Below, one piece after another: positions 1-13,480 of a stretch of 64,000 nt of DNA (the stretch's first letter is position 1; each line of letters begins with the position of its first letter). A model generated the notes under the pieces. The model did no database searches. It had not been told where the DNA came from and saw only the letters and a list, made by a program, of their open reading frames with translations. The stretch comes from Octopus sinensis. Its lineage: Eukaryota. Location: NCBI RefSeq assembly GCF_006345805.1, contig NC_042999.1, forward strand, positions 126,046,001-126,110,000, read 5' to 3'. A program made the position numbers and the translations under genes.

Positions 1-1565
1 CTTTAGAAGACATCTTAGAAGACATCTTTCGGAAGTAACATTAAAATGCAAGGATATATTTCCACCTCAAGTAAACAATACTACAATTCTTGTAATTTTC
101 TTATGTTGGACATATGCACAAACAAAACAAAAAAATACTTCTGAAGTTACATGAAGGGTACCAAATTTGAATCATACTGTGCACGTAAAAGATTTTCTGC
201 GGCAGAAACAATCATGTAAAACGTATTAAGCATGTACTTGAAATTATTCGTACCGTGAACTTCAAAATAGTTATTGATGCGAGTAAGTGTTCTCAAATCC
301 AACACCGTCAACATTTCAATAAAGCATCAACGGGAACACGGTAAAAAGGATATAGTTTTAAAATTTGGAAACAATAACATCAAGAGAATAAGGGAAATAC
401 ACATATTATATGATGGTCTTTCATATTTGCTGATCCGTGTACCCTGAGAAAATAGACACTGTATTAGAATTTAAAACACTGAAGGAAAAATGTCGTGTAT
501 GGATTTTATACGCGCTACTTCATGGTTTGTAATAACATAAATTCTCCAACCACTCTTATAAATGACCGGCGGCTTTTTGGCAGCTTTAAAACAACAATCA
601 TTCATGATCCATCTGTGTCCTTAAAATTAAACGTTCCCTCTATGAAAATAATAAATGCGTGAATGGTATCTCAAAAAACTCACGAAAGAATCTCAGACAG
701 GTAAAAATGCTTACCCACAAAACCGAAAGAAAACCATCGTGTTTTCTCTGTATGAAACTAATAGTAGCTCGAATTTAAATCCTGTGCATATTAAATCATA
801 CATACATATTTATATATACATATGCAGACACAAACACGCGCGCGCACACACACGCACACACATAGAGACACATACATGTATACGACTGGCTTATTCACAC
901 GTTCCGTCTACTTATTTCCACTCAAAAGTCATTGGTCAAATTATGTAACATACATTATAATTAACCGGTTATTTATAATTTTGATATTTCTTATAGTCCT
1001 GCAAAGAGAGCGTAGAATAAACAACCAAAATGTGGAGAGCATCTCAGGTAAAAATTCTAACTTTCTCATCTAATATTCAAATATGTCTACAGAAATTGGA
1101 ACTGCAAGAGAGAAAAAAATATTTTTTCTAGGCTACCAATATATATATGTAAACATTATCACACTTATAATATGTGATGTGATTATGTACACTAGACTTC
1201 ATATAAATATTATCACAATCGTTAGTCTGATGGTGTGAATTTACTAGAATATATATAAACAGTATCACAGTTGTTATTTAACTAGTAGTTTACTCTGGCT
1301 AAATAGACTTATGATCAAAGGGCTTCCAGGCATAACGACACCCATTTTTTTTATTTAGACTGTTGGATACATGTGTAGAAATTTAGCTGGTATTTCTATC
1401 AGGCTGAGTGATGCTACAGAGGCCTGCTATGTCTCAAAGCACTAGAGTACTGTATATAAAATGTCACACTCTTTCGTTAAGGTTGCGGTTTCAATTACAT
1501 TGGGTAAATTATTGTCATTAGCAATCTTCTCATGTTTTATGTTACAAAGTACAATATATATATAT

Positions 1566-1608
<43 letters not shown>

Positions 1609-1804
1609 CCGTATCTGTTGCTCGACGACATAAAGTATATGAAACTGCACATAAACAATATCATAGGAAATATGTAACAATCACGGGTGTACTCTGCCTT
1701 ATTGATGAGGTCCTTTATAACTGAAACATGTCCAGAATTACAGAATTGTCATCGTACTGCTACAGATCAAACCCACTAATTGCATTCCATACCTAATTAG
1801 AACT

Positions 1805-2540
1805 AATTTCAAAATTTGACAAACGGTCAGCAATTTCGGGGGAGGGGTAAGTCAATTTCATCGACCCCAATGTTTAAAGTTGACCTCAACGAAATTTGAA
1901 CTCAGAACGTGTATACAGATGAAATGCCGCAAAGCATTTTGCCTGGTGCGCTAGTGATCCTGCCATCTAGCCGTCGACACCAGTACGTAACCGGTGCTTA
2001 ATTTATCCGAAAGGATGAAAGGCAAAGTCGACCTCGGCGGAATTTGAACTCAGAACGTAGCGGCAGACGAAATACCTATTTCTTTACTACTCACAAGAGG
2101 CTAAACACAGAGATAACAAACAACGACAGACAAACGGATTAAGTCGATTACATCGATTGCAGTGCGTAACTAGTACTTATTTAATAGACCTCGAAAGGAT
2201 GAAAGGCAAAGTCGACCTCGGCGGAATTTGAACTCAGAACGTAGCGGCAGACGAAAAACATGCTAAGCATTTCGCCCGGCGTGCTAACGATTCTGCCAGC
2301 TCGCCGCCTTTATGAATATTATTTTCAAAATTTTGCACAAGACCAGCAATTTCGGGAAGGGGGGAGGGGGTAAGACGATTACATCGATCCTATTACCCAA
2401 CTAATACTTATTTTATCGATTCCAAGAGGATGAAAGGTGAAGTCGACCTCGGCATTTGGACTCAGAACGTAAAAGATGAACGAAATGCCGCGAAGTATAT
2501 TGCATGGCGTGTTAAAAATTCCGCCAGCAGGCCGCCTTTT
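1805..2540 (-). mobile_element. Cluster of three tRNA-derived SINEs (Nin-domain type, one dimeric)
   Basis: B-box GAGTTCAAATTCC followed by GTCGACTTTGCCTTTCATCCTTTCG on the minus strand, repeated. Confidence 0.85.
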
Positions 2541-2711
2541 ACCTAATTAATATTAAATGATTAAAGTCTGTGATGTCTCCGCCTTCTAGTATATTTTTTA
2601 CTGGAATTAGTAATTTAAAAATAATTGTTCTCATCGCTGAAGTTGTAAAATTTATCTGTTCAATTAAAATATCTTGCCTAGCGTCATTCAGTTTGCCAGC
2701 CAGCGATCTTT

Positions 2712-2769
<58 letters not shown>

Positions 2770-3049
2770 CAACAATTGAGGGTAAAATTAATTAATTATT
2801 AATCAAATTCACCAAGTATTCAGTATGTAAAGGGACCATTATAGGCGAATTCAAAATATTACATTATATATAAGGGCTTAGTAAAATAAATTACTTTGCC
2901 ACATACTGAACTCATTAGAAATAGCAGCTAAAGAATTTCTTCAGCTATTTCTAATACTTAAAGAAGATCTCTCTCAGATAGTGTTTGCCTAAACTAACTC
3001 ACAAAAGTATGGGGGAAAAAATATTAAAAAATCAAGTGCAAAGGTTATT

Positions 3050-3101
3050 TGAGAACGTACGTTTCTAGATTAGTCAATTCGACATTTCTTTCTTCAGCTC
3101 A
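3050..3101 (-). ncRNA. Mirror copy of the minimal hammerhead motif
   Basis: Reverse complement of 3417-3468, in the left arm of the palindrome. Confidence 0.75.
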
Positions 3102-3416
3102 GAATTCCTTGAATCGGATTTGGGAACACTGAAAGTCGGGAGCATACCCTTTCGGCTTCTAATCACCTCTAGAATTCTGCTCGAACTAAAAGTGCTATCA
3201 AATTCGAATATGCAAGCGAAGAATTTCTGCTCGAACTAAAAGTGCTATCAAATTCGAATATGCAAGCGAAGAATTTCTGCTCTGAGAGCAGAAATTCTTC
3301 GCTTGCATATTCGAATTTGATAGCACTTTTAGTTCGAGCAGAATTCTAGAGGTGATTAGAAGCCGAAAGGGTATGCTCCCGACTTTCAGTGTTCCCAAAT
3401 CCGATTCAAGGAATTC

Positions 3417-3468
3417 TGAGCTGAAGAAAGAAATGTCGAATTGACTAATCTAGAAACGTACGTTCTCA
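3417..3468 (+). ncRNA. Minimal type I hammerhead ribozyme motif (CUGAAGA core)
   Basis: TGAG-CTGAAGA-[stem II: AGA/TCT plus GTC-GAATT-GAC]-GAAA-CGTACG-T-T-CTCA. Stem I is TGAG/CTCA, stem III is the palindrome ACGTACGT, and the cleavage triplet is GUU. Confidence 0.75.
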
Positions 3469-3640
3469 AATAACCTTTGCACTTGATTTTTAATGTTTTT
3501 TCCCCCATACTTTTGTGAGTTAGTTTAGGCAAACACTATCTGAGAGAGATCTTCTTTAAGTATTAGAAATAGCTGAAGAAATTTCTTTAGCTGCTATTTC
3601 TAATGAGTTCAGTATGTGGCAAAGTAATTATTTTACTAAG

Positions 3641-3712
<72 letters not shown>

Positions 3713-4599
3713 ATATGAGTATGTATGTGTGTGAGTAAGAGTGTGTGTTTGTGTGTGTCTGCGTCTGTGTGAGTGTGTGTATTTATGTACGTATGCATGT
3801 AGGTAAGTAGATAGATAGCATGAGACGAACGATAGACACTTGCCAACGTTAGAGTCGGTGATTTCATCGTACATCAGATAACACGATCTTTAACGGTATT
3901 TCTTAAAAAAAAGTGAGAGAGGGTGAGAGAGAGAGAGAGAGAGAGAGATGAAGAGAAAGAAATGGAGAGAGAAGGGGGAGAGAGTTAGAACAGGAGACAG
4001 ACAGTGTAGGAGAGAGAGGGAGAGAGAGATAGAGGAGAGAGAGTTAAAACATTTATTGACGTACATTTTGTTGGGTTAGCGTTAATAATTGAGGGTAAAT
4101 CTAGTGGAGCATTGCCTCGGGGGTTATTACCCATAAGTAGATGATGGCTTAGGCGTCGTCGTCTGAGTTAATAATTCGTAATTGTAATATCGCTGTGACA
4201 GTCATTGAATGACATGACGCAATGTCTGCCCCTCAAATTACCCTCGCTTTATTCAATACCTTTAAGTATTATATTATCAAGCTTATGGCATGAGAGTCAC
4301 CCTTTTACTTGGTTACGTTTCATTATTATCACTAGTCGTTTACTCTTTAAACTACGCTAATGTAGGTAGACACTGTTCAAGCAGCCTTTTCCCGTGTGAG
4401 CACAGTAAATTCATCAGAATTACGTACACATCATTTCCTACCCATGTAGACACAAAGTAAGCTGAAACTCAGGCGGTATTATTCTCTTCACCTTTTCGAG
4501 TGCTTTCCCTCCACCTTACACATCTCTTTCTCCTCACCCCTCCTTTTGTTGTGTCTTACTTTCGTCAATCGTTCTATCATCTACCGATCCATCTTTATT

Positions 4600-4631
<32 letters not shown>

Positions 4632-4680
4632 GGTGAGAATTTACAAAAACAAAAAACAAAAGACGAAGACGGGTGTGTAA

Positions 4681-4709
<29 letters not shown>

Positions 4710-4711
<2 letters not shown>

Positions 4712-4751
4712 CATTGTAAATCTGTATTTGCGTCTGGTGAAGTCGACCAGC

Positions 4752-4789
<38 letters not shown>

Positions 4790-4999
4790 CTATCTATCTA
4801 TCTATCTATTTGCCTGTCTGTTAGTGTTCTGTAATAAACTTTGTTGCATGCATACACAAACACATGCTCACGCGCGCACACATCCACACACACATACACA
4901 CGCACACACATTTAAAAAATTCATTCTATCATTTTATAATAGCTGATATGAATGATGGTTGGTTTGTTGGTTAGATTCTCCAGTCATATTTTACATCAC

Positions 5000-5096
<97 letters not shown>

Positions 5097-5508
5097 GCTA
5101 GAATAGAGATACAGAGGGAAATTAAAGTCGTTTGATGAACGTTGAAATTGATCAGCAATGCTAAAGGAATGGCAAAAAAATGATAAAAGCTACGTAGTTC
5201 ATAGACGTGAAATAAATAACTCATACACACACTCGCGCACGCACAATCAGACACTCTTAAATACATAGAATCTTCTGTTTACCACACACACACACACGCA
5301 CACACGCATAGCGACATTACTGTTTCAGCTTAAGGATGAAAGTGACAAATAGTTTATTCCTTTGTCATCTCGTTTTCTTATTACCGCTCTATACTCAACC
5401 AACGCTTCTTGATCGATATGTAATACTGTACACTTCGGATAATAATATATATATATATATATATATGTCATTGTAAATCTGTATTTGCGTCTGGTGAAGT
5501 CGACCAGC

Positions 5509-5564
<56 letters not shown>

Positions 5565-6129
5565 TTGCCTGTCTGTTAGTGTTCTGTAATAAACTTTGTT
5601 GCATGCATACACAAACACATGCTCACGCGCGCACACATCCACACACACATACACACGCACACACATTTAAAAAATTCATTCTATCATTTTATAATAGCTG
5701 ATATGAATGATGGTTGGTTTGTTGGTTAGATTCTCCAGTCATATTTTACATCACAGAGAGAGAGAGAGAGAGAGAGAGCGAGGCTAGAATAGAGATACAG
5801 AGGGAAATTAAAGTCGTTTGATGAACGTTGAAATTGATCAGCAATGCTAAAGGAATGGCAAAAAAATGATAAAAGCTACGTAGTTCATAGACGTGAAATA
5901 AATAACTCATACACACACTCGCGCACGCACAATCAGACACTCTTAAATACATAGAATCTTCTGTTTACCACACACACACACACGCACACACGCATAGCGA
6001 CATTACTGTTTCAGCTTAAGGATGAAAGTGACAAATAGTTTATTCCTTTGTCATCTCGTTTTCTTATTACCGCTCTATACTCAACCAACGCTTCTTGATC
6101 GATATGTAATACTGTACACTTCGGATAAT
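4710..6129 (+). repeat. Direct tandem duplication, period 757 bp, bounded by (TA)n
   Basis: 4710-5443 and 5467-6129 match except for microsatellite lengths, mainly the (GA)n tract. Confidence 0.95.
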
Positions 6130-6144
6130 ATATATATATATATA

Positions 6145-6305
6145 GACTGGTTACCAGTAGGTCGTAGGATTATTCATTTACAGCTGAGTGGACTGGAGTA
6201 ATATATGAAATGAAGTGTTGTGTACAAGAATACAACGCACAGCTAGTCTGGGAATTGAAACCTCTACCTTGCGCTAGTGAGTGCAACACTCTAGCCACTA
6301 GGCTT
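6145..6305 (-). mobile_element. Decayed CORE-SINE
   Basis: Minus-strand CAGTCCACTCAGCTGTAAATGAAT core motif. Confidence 0.6.
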
Positions 6306-6800
6306 GCTTATGTATATATATAATATTCAATTATTGGTTTCAAATTTTGGAGCAAGGCCAGCCATTTCGGAGAGGGCTATACTAGTAGCTTGTGTGTGTG
6401 TGTGTGTGTGTTATGTACAGCAACCAACTTTATCCAGCTATCTATTAATGTATTTACCTTAATACTTATCTATCTGCTTGTCAATCTGTCTGTTTTTCTG
6501 CTTTTTTGTCTATCTATCTACCTGTCTATCTAAACACTTATTTATATTATCTATGTATGCAAATAACTTCGAAAATATTAAAATAATAATCAACAATATT
6601 AATTAGTTGAGGGTTTAAGTGTTTAACAAGAAATAATTACTAATTATTAACTTCATTAAGAAATTCTTAGGTATATATTTAACGGTATGTTAATCAGTCA
6701 TTGTATTATAAAGTTTTGTGAATGAGCAAAAGGTAAATTATGGAGTTGAATTCTTTATCAACGGGATCAAATATCGTAGACAATTTGCGACTTAAGCACA

Positions 6801-7132
6801 TCTTTATATATAAACGTAAGGTTGTGTGTCTGTCTCCTACGATTTAGATTCCTAACTACTTCTGGGTATTAGCGCGCGTCTACGATGTGTCTACGATTTA
6901 AAAAAAAAATTACCATCATTTTTTTCCATTTTAATGCATTTTTTCGCTATTTATATAAGGGAAGTAACTCTCTAAAAATGTCTACGATGAGTCAACGATT
7001 TAAAAAAAAATTACCATAATTTTTTTTCCATTTCTAATGCATTTTTTTGCTATTTTTTGGCTATAACTCTCTAAAAATGCTTATATAGTTATTTCCCTTA
7101 CAAACCCGAGCAACGCCGGGCGATACTGCTAG
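6801..7132 (+). mobile_element. Non-autonomous Helitron
   Basis: A|TC 5' end, 3' hairpin CCCGAGCAACGCCGGG then CTAG|T, and an internal duplication of about 90 bp. Confidence 0.85.
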
Positions 7133-7452
7133 TCATATATACAATACAGATTTTGGAGATGTGTAATAGGGGATTTAATTAGTATAAGTACATATGCTGA
7201 GTAAAACTTGCGGACGGATGAAATGCAAAATCTCCCTCAGGGAAATTTGAACTCAGAACCGAAAGGACAGTAACTAGATACCCCAAAATATTAGTTGTGC
7301 TTTGTGACAATTTTAAAGTTTCGAAGATATCATCATCAATTTTGCGAAAGCATTGCTATAACTTCAAGAAGGAAGAGAATAGTGTACGGAGATATTTAGT
7401 GCTGTGAGAAACAATCCTCCTTCTGTTCTCAGGCTATATTATTTTCAATCTC

Positions 7453-7679
7453 TTAAGGCGGCGAGCTGGCAGAAACGTTAGCGCGCCGGGCGAAATGCTT
7501 AGCGGTATTTCGTCTGTCGTTACGTTCTGAGTTCAAATTCCGCCGCGGTCGACGTTGCCTTTCGGGCTCGAAAAATAAAGTACCAGTTTCGCACTAGGGT
7601 CGATGTAATCGACTTAATCCGTTTGTCTGTCGTTGCTTGTCCCCTCTATGAATAGCCCCTTGTGGGCAGTAAAGAAATA
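7453..7679 (+). mobile_element. tRNA-derived SINE (Nin-domain type)
   Basis: Head AAGGCGGCGAGCTGGCAGAAACGTTAGC, B-box GAGTTCAAATTCC and AAAATAAAGTACCAG. Confidence 0.9.
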
Positions 7680-7769
7680 TGTATTATTTTCAATCTCTGT
7701 CCAGGCAGTTCTTTTCCACCCACCTGTACATGACTTGGCAGCTTGCTGATGCTGCTTTTTACCAGTTAT

Positions 7770-8110
7770 TTTGATCAACTCCTTAAATCTCTATTTCAAA
7801 TATGTCATCTTATGTCTAGGAGGTCCTTGTCAAAGTGTTCTACCTTCAAAGAAATCTGTAGTCCACAAGCGTAGAACATCTCATCGAGCAAACGAGGAGG
7901 CCTCTGCTTGAGCTCACGAACCTATACACGATCACTTAGTCTGAGAGAAAAGATAGACAATGGATAATGAAGTCTTAGATACACTGTCTGGGACATAAAG
8001 ACAGTATGGCACGTTGGATCACCTATGAGCATAAGTTTTCTATATCGCAGATGAGTAGGATGTTAAGGTCGCGTCGAAAAAGCCTTTCATCAAAGGTCTA
8101 CGGGCTTAAG
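7770..8110 (-). pseudogene. Possible decayed CR1-like LINE 3' fragment
   Basis: The minus strand gives ERLFRRDLNILLICDIENL, loosely similar to the CR1 thumb region. Confidence 0.25.
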
Positions 8111-8420
8111 TGCAGGTGGTGTTAAACGATGATATATTTTAAAAAAAAACATGTGGTCTTAGGTTCGATCCTTTCCCATGGTACGTGAAGCAATTACTTT
8201 TTATCACAACCTTGTGACTGAAACTGCATGGATGGAATCTGCATAGAAGCCCTTCGGAAGGATCGTATCTGTGATTCAAAAGGACAGCCTTGTCACACAC
8301 TGGGTTGAATTGGTTCTGACTAGGGACTACATTAAGCATACATGTAATTGTGGAAAACTCAACAAACCATTTACATGCTAATTCAACGTGTCTGTCGTTT
8401 CTTTGATTAAACAAGCAGGA
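8095..8420 (+). mobile_element. Decayed SINE
   Basis: GGTTCGATCC B-box and a body containing GTGATTCAAAAGGACAGCCTTGTCAC. Confidence 0.5.
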
Positions 8421-9323
8421 CAGACATCATCGGAAAACAATGCACATCCTTTCACAATATAATTTCATTTGTTACCGAATAACGGAGATACTCAAGGATC
8501 TGCGAGTATAGGCAAAAAAAAGGGGCTTGATAATTGAATGGTATTAACACGAAATAACTTGATTAGTAAATGCAACTAGTGCGATGTCTTAATTTTAATA
8601 TGTTTTCTGTCATTTTGAGTTAAAAGCTTGTCTTTGCACGTGAATCCGAAATCAATGCTAAATGCACTGAATAACATGAGATAAGAATAAAACCCTGGCT
8701 CAGCGTGCGTTTTTTTTTAAGATGTCATCTACGTTTGGGCAATCAATTAAACATAACCCGTTGCAATAAGTCTTGTCTCATATAAACGCCAACTGCCAGT
8801 TAAACTGATGACAGATATAACTGAAGCATAAATATACTATTACTGGAGCATAACAAACTAATCGATTCGATACAACTCTAAACAGTTGATTTGAATCTGT
8901 CACATGTTCCACAGTCTGTGGAGAGTTTATATGTGGTGAATGATATTTGGATGGTAGACGAGTTTAATTGTTTGAATGACAATATTATCTAGTTTTATTC
9001 GGTTGATATATTGAAAAGAAATTTTCTTTTCTTTACATAAAACTTCTGGGAGAGTGAGGTGAGGAAGACGTACACAATTTTCTTTATAAATACTGAAAGA
9101 AAAAAAAAAGAAATTATGCTTCAAGTGTTCCTTATTAAAATATGAAATTAACGGTTAACATCTTTTTCAAAGAAGAAAAAAAAAATAGAAAGAAACAAAA
9201 GGGTCTATAGAAATAAATAGATAATGGTCGATGTTTCTATTTAAAAAACCGACTATCGGATCCCTCTTTCCGTTCTGCATCATTTAGAAGAAAATAGTTT
9301 AATATTCCACCCAATCAATACAC

Positions 9324-9365
<42 letters not shown>

Positions 9366-9590
9366 CATCATTATCATTATTATTGAAAGCAATCTCCCAA
9401 AAATAAATAAATATATATGTTAAGGAGGCGAGAAAGAACAAATTGGCCAGAAGTCCGTCTAATCCATCTTGAATTCAGTTCTATTATATGAATCTATAAC
9501 ACAGCATTCTTAATTCTTTTTCTCCCTCCTCCAAACGGTTCATCTGCAACGTTTCCAGTATGGTGGGCAAGCCATGTGTGTGCAGTAGTA

Positions 9591-9703
9591 TCAGCCTGCT
9601 TCATTGAAACGCAGTTCCGCTTCACTTCTTGTGACGGTCCGTCTGTTCCGTGCGTGTGTGCTTGATGCATCATTGTTGTCGAGATATCGATACGGTCGAC
9701 TGA
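9591..9703 (-). CDS. Hypothetical terminal coding exon, product unknown
   Basis: A CAG acceptor at 9704 is phase-compatible with the donor at 12639 and gives SRPYRYLDNNDASSTHARNRRTVTRSEAELRFNEAG-stop. No homology recognised. Confidence 0.15.
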
Positions 9704-9893
9704 CTGGATAAATGAATGAATGTGTCAGGGGACCGATGGATGGGTGGATATATGAATGAATGGATGGAGGGATGGATGGCTGGATGAATAGACAAGAGGG
9801 TTGGATCGATGTTGTTTGTATGACTGGAAGTCGGTTGGTTGATCTGCGGCTGTTTATTGAGACATGAGGTGAGTATAGTAAGCAAAATAGATG

Positions 9894-9931
<38 letters not shown>

Positions 9932-9938
9932 GAGAGAA

Positions 9939-9983
<45 letters not shown>

Positions 9984-10190
9984 TGGGCTAAAGAGATAGA
10001 GAGAGAAGAAATGTGGACGCATAGGTAGAACGGAAAATTAAAATAATTTTTTTCAAAAATTTGTATGATAAAAGAGCGGAAAGGAAGAGAAAAATATCTA
10101 GGAGAAAAGGAGGACAATGGATGAGAAATATAGTGAAACAATTTTTTTATTCTTGAAGAAGCAGTTGATATGAGACATAAATAAATGTGA

Positions 10191-10251
<61 letters not shown>

Positions 10252-10772
10252 CTACCTACGTGTCTGCTCGGGTGTACAATGATAGTACACTATCACTGAA
10301 CGATTTTATTGCCGCTAAACTTATTGAACATGCTAAACCTATTGAGCATTGCAGAAGAATTATGAAAATAAGATTTTAAATAGAAATAATGCTAAAATTC
10401 ATCTTCAGCTGTACACACAATCCTGTAACATAAATAACAAAAGTTTTGAACAAGCAACTATATATAATACTCCATGAGCATATAAACCAACAATTTATTG
10501 TGCAAAAGCGTTAATTGCCGATTATTCAATTTCCAAAGAATATATTGGATTAATTGAGAATTTAATCCAATTTCTTTACTGAAATATATGTGGTATTTAA
10601 CAAATACTGTTAGGCAATATAAAATGATTTGGAATATAACGGACCAAAATTAACAAATAGGGTAGTCGCATTAGTCTCTCTACCTCTGACAAAATGAATG
10701 TTTTGTTTCATAAAACTTCATATACACCCAGCAATACACACATATAGATACATACGTATATACATATACATG

Positions 10773-11182
10773 TAATAACTATTTCTACTCGAGGCACAAG
10801 GCCTTGAGAATTTTAGGAGGAAGGGAGCTAGTCGATTACATCGACCCCGATGCGCAACTGGTACTTATTTCATTGACCCCGAAATGATGAAAGGCAAAGT
10901 CGACCTCGGTGGAATTTGAACTTAGAATGTAGCGGCAGACGAAATACTTATTTCTTTACTACCCACAAGGGGCTAAACACAGAGAGAACAAACAAGGACA
11001 GACAAACGGATTAAGTCGATTATATCGACCCCACTGCGTAACTGGTACTTATTTAATCGACCCTGAAAGGATGAAAGACAAAGTCGACCTCGGCGGAATT
11101 TGAACTCAGAACGCAGTGGCAGACGAAATACTGCTAAGCATTTCGCCCGGCGTGCTAACGATTCTGCCAGCTTGCCACCTTA
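10773..11182 (-). mobile_element. Dimeric tRNA-derived SINE
   Basis: Two B-box/Nin units in tandem behind a single tRNA-like head. Confidence 0.9.
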
Positions 11183-12258
11183 CATGCATATATGTTATAA
11201 CATACTTAACGCATGTATGTGTGCGTCTGATTCTTATTGCAAGCTTTGTGTGATGACTGATAACATTTAAGTCCATTCTATGTTAAACCTATCACACGTA
11301 GACATTCACTAACAGGTGAACATTTTATTCAGCTATGATAAATAAACACCAAAACTCCCTTTCGCAATGAAAATTGTGAATCTTTTTTTCTGTGAAAGCT
11401 GTCGGTTGTTACAATCACCGACATCGAAAGTGTAAGTTTTTCGTTTCAGTAGATCAAATTATGCTTTAGTTACCGAATTGCTATCACATCTGGTGCTTCA
11501 AATGACTCAAAATGTTGGTTTTCGGTTGTATGGATAATGTACGTGCGTGTGTATGTGTGCATGTGTATGTGTGTATGTGTGTTTGTTTTGAGTTAACTTC
11601 ACGACACAAATGAAAACGAAAGTAGAAATAAACGAATAAACTAAGTGGGCCAATAAATATATGAAGTGATAGATAAAAAAAGCGATAAATATATATAAGA
11701 TAAATAAAGGAACGGACAAAGGAGGTAAAGGCTGAAAGTCACTGGTCGTTACTTATATTTACGTTTTCGTACATAAATGTTTGCGCATGCGTCTATGTTT
11801 GTGTGTGTATGTGGATCAGCGTGTGTTTCCTGTATGCTTGTTCTTAAGTAGCTGAACAGAGTTATTAAACATCCGCTCATCCGTGGCTTAATTACATGAT
11901 AGCGAAACATCCCCTCGTTTATAGAATAATATCGTTTGGCCAACATAATGTCCTGACGCTATTATTGGAGAATGTTGGCGGAGCAGTTGGTAAGAGTGGG
12001 GAAGGCGGCTGGTGGCAAGAGGGTGAAGGATGTAATAGCATAATAAAATGCGTGTGTGGTGGTAGAAGAAGAAGAAGAAGAAGAAGAAGAAGAAGAAAGG
12101 GAGGAGAAGGGATTCAAGGTAAGAGAGAAGCGAAGAAAATATGTCGCCAAGGAAAATCAATGGAGACGGATCGTATCAGCAGACAAGAGAAAAAGGAAAG
12201 CAAGCACTTCATTTACATAAGTTCAATAATATGTGTGTGTGTGCACGTGTGTGCAAGT

Positions 12259-12342
<84 letters not shown>

Positions 12343-12639
12343 TGTGTGTGTGTGTGCGTGTGTGTATATCCCCACTTGGTGAGTTATAGTAAAAAATACA
12401 TAAATAACGAAAGAAAGAAAATGCACACAATTTCTATATATTTTTATATATTTCATAAGACAGAATATGTGTGTGTGTATATATATATATAGAGAGAGAG
12501 AGAGGGGGGAGAAAGATAGATGGATAGATTGATTGAGTGAGTGATTGATTGATAAAGCGACAGATATGTTTAGTGTCCGTTGTTACTTCTGTACAGCACA
12601 TGCAGACCGCCGTTAGATATTGTGTATACACACTCATAC

Positions 12640-12724
12640 GTATGGTGATTGCTCCATTTTCAGAGATGACTGCCATCTCCATGCGGTTCTTCCTTGTCAA
12701 TACCATTTCTGACTTTCCCTCCAT
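12640..12724 (-). CDS. Hypothetical coding part of a candidate exon (12786-12640), product unknown
   Basis: ATG at 12724 gives MEGKSEMVLTRKNRMEMAVISENGAITI, then a phase-1 GTATGAG donor at 12639. An upstream pyrimidine tract ends in a weak AAG acceptor at 12787. No homology recognised. Confidence 0.2.
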
Positions 12725-12859
12725 GATCTCTCAGATGACTGTTCAGTCCCGTTGCAGATCAATCATTGCATCACCTTTTATTTTTCCTTTCGAAAGCAGA
12801 AAAAAAAGAACCCACATTTTTCTATAGTTAAAAACAGAAAAAGTCTTGGTATAATATTT

Positions 12860-13480
12860 GTTTCAGAATTTGGCACAAGGTTAGCAAATTCGGGAGAGGA
12901 GATAAGTCGATTAAATCGACTCCAATCTTCAACTAGTACGTATTTTACCGATTCCGAAACGCAAAGCTGACCTCGGCGGAATTTGAACTCAGAGTATGAG
13001 GACGGATGGAATACTGCTGAGTCCGGCGTGCCAACGATTCTGCCACCTCTCCCCTTTAAGTCTTGTCATTATGTTATCACTGACAAGGCGGTGAGATGGC
13101 AGAATCGTTAGCACACCGGCCGAAATGCTTAGCGGTATTTCGTTCTGAGTTCAAATTCCGCCGAGGTCCACTTTGCCTTTCATCCTTCCGGGGTCGATTA
13201 AATAAGTACCAGTTACGCACTGGGATCGATATAATCGACTTAATCCGTTTGTCTGTCCTTGTTTGCCCCCTCTGTGTGTAGCCCCTTGTGGGTAGTAAAG
13301 AAATAGGTATTTCGTCTGTCTTTACGTTCTGAGTTCAAATTCCGCCGAGACTGACTTTGACTTTCATCTTTTCGGAGTCAATAAATTAAATACCTGTTGC
13401 GTACTGGGGTCGATGTAATCGACTGGCCCACTCCCCTCAAAATTTCGGTCCTTTTGCCTAGAATAGAAACGATTATATTA
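12860..13480. mobile_element. Head-to-head SINE pair (12860-13058 minus; 13085-13480 plus, dimeric)
   Basis: Same family motifs in opposite orientations. Confidence 0.85.

Larger units (their letters stand above)
2764..3644 (-). mobile_element. Fold-back element in (TA)n tract; probable Penelope-like pseudo-LTR derivative with inverted copy
   Basis: Near-perfect inverted arms 2873-3283 and 3285-3644 with a 1-nt spacer (G3284). The left arm has a 50-bp tandem duplication (3181-3230/3231-3280). A unique extension spans 2764-2872, (TA)n lies on both sides, and each arm has a hammerhead motif. Confidence 0.75.

Noticed and set aside
8800-8830. CTGATGA-CAG-ATATAA-CTG hairpin
   Set aside because: It is followed by AAGC rather than GAAA, with no stem III or stem I.
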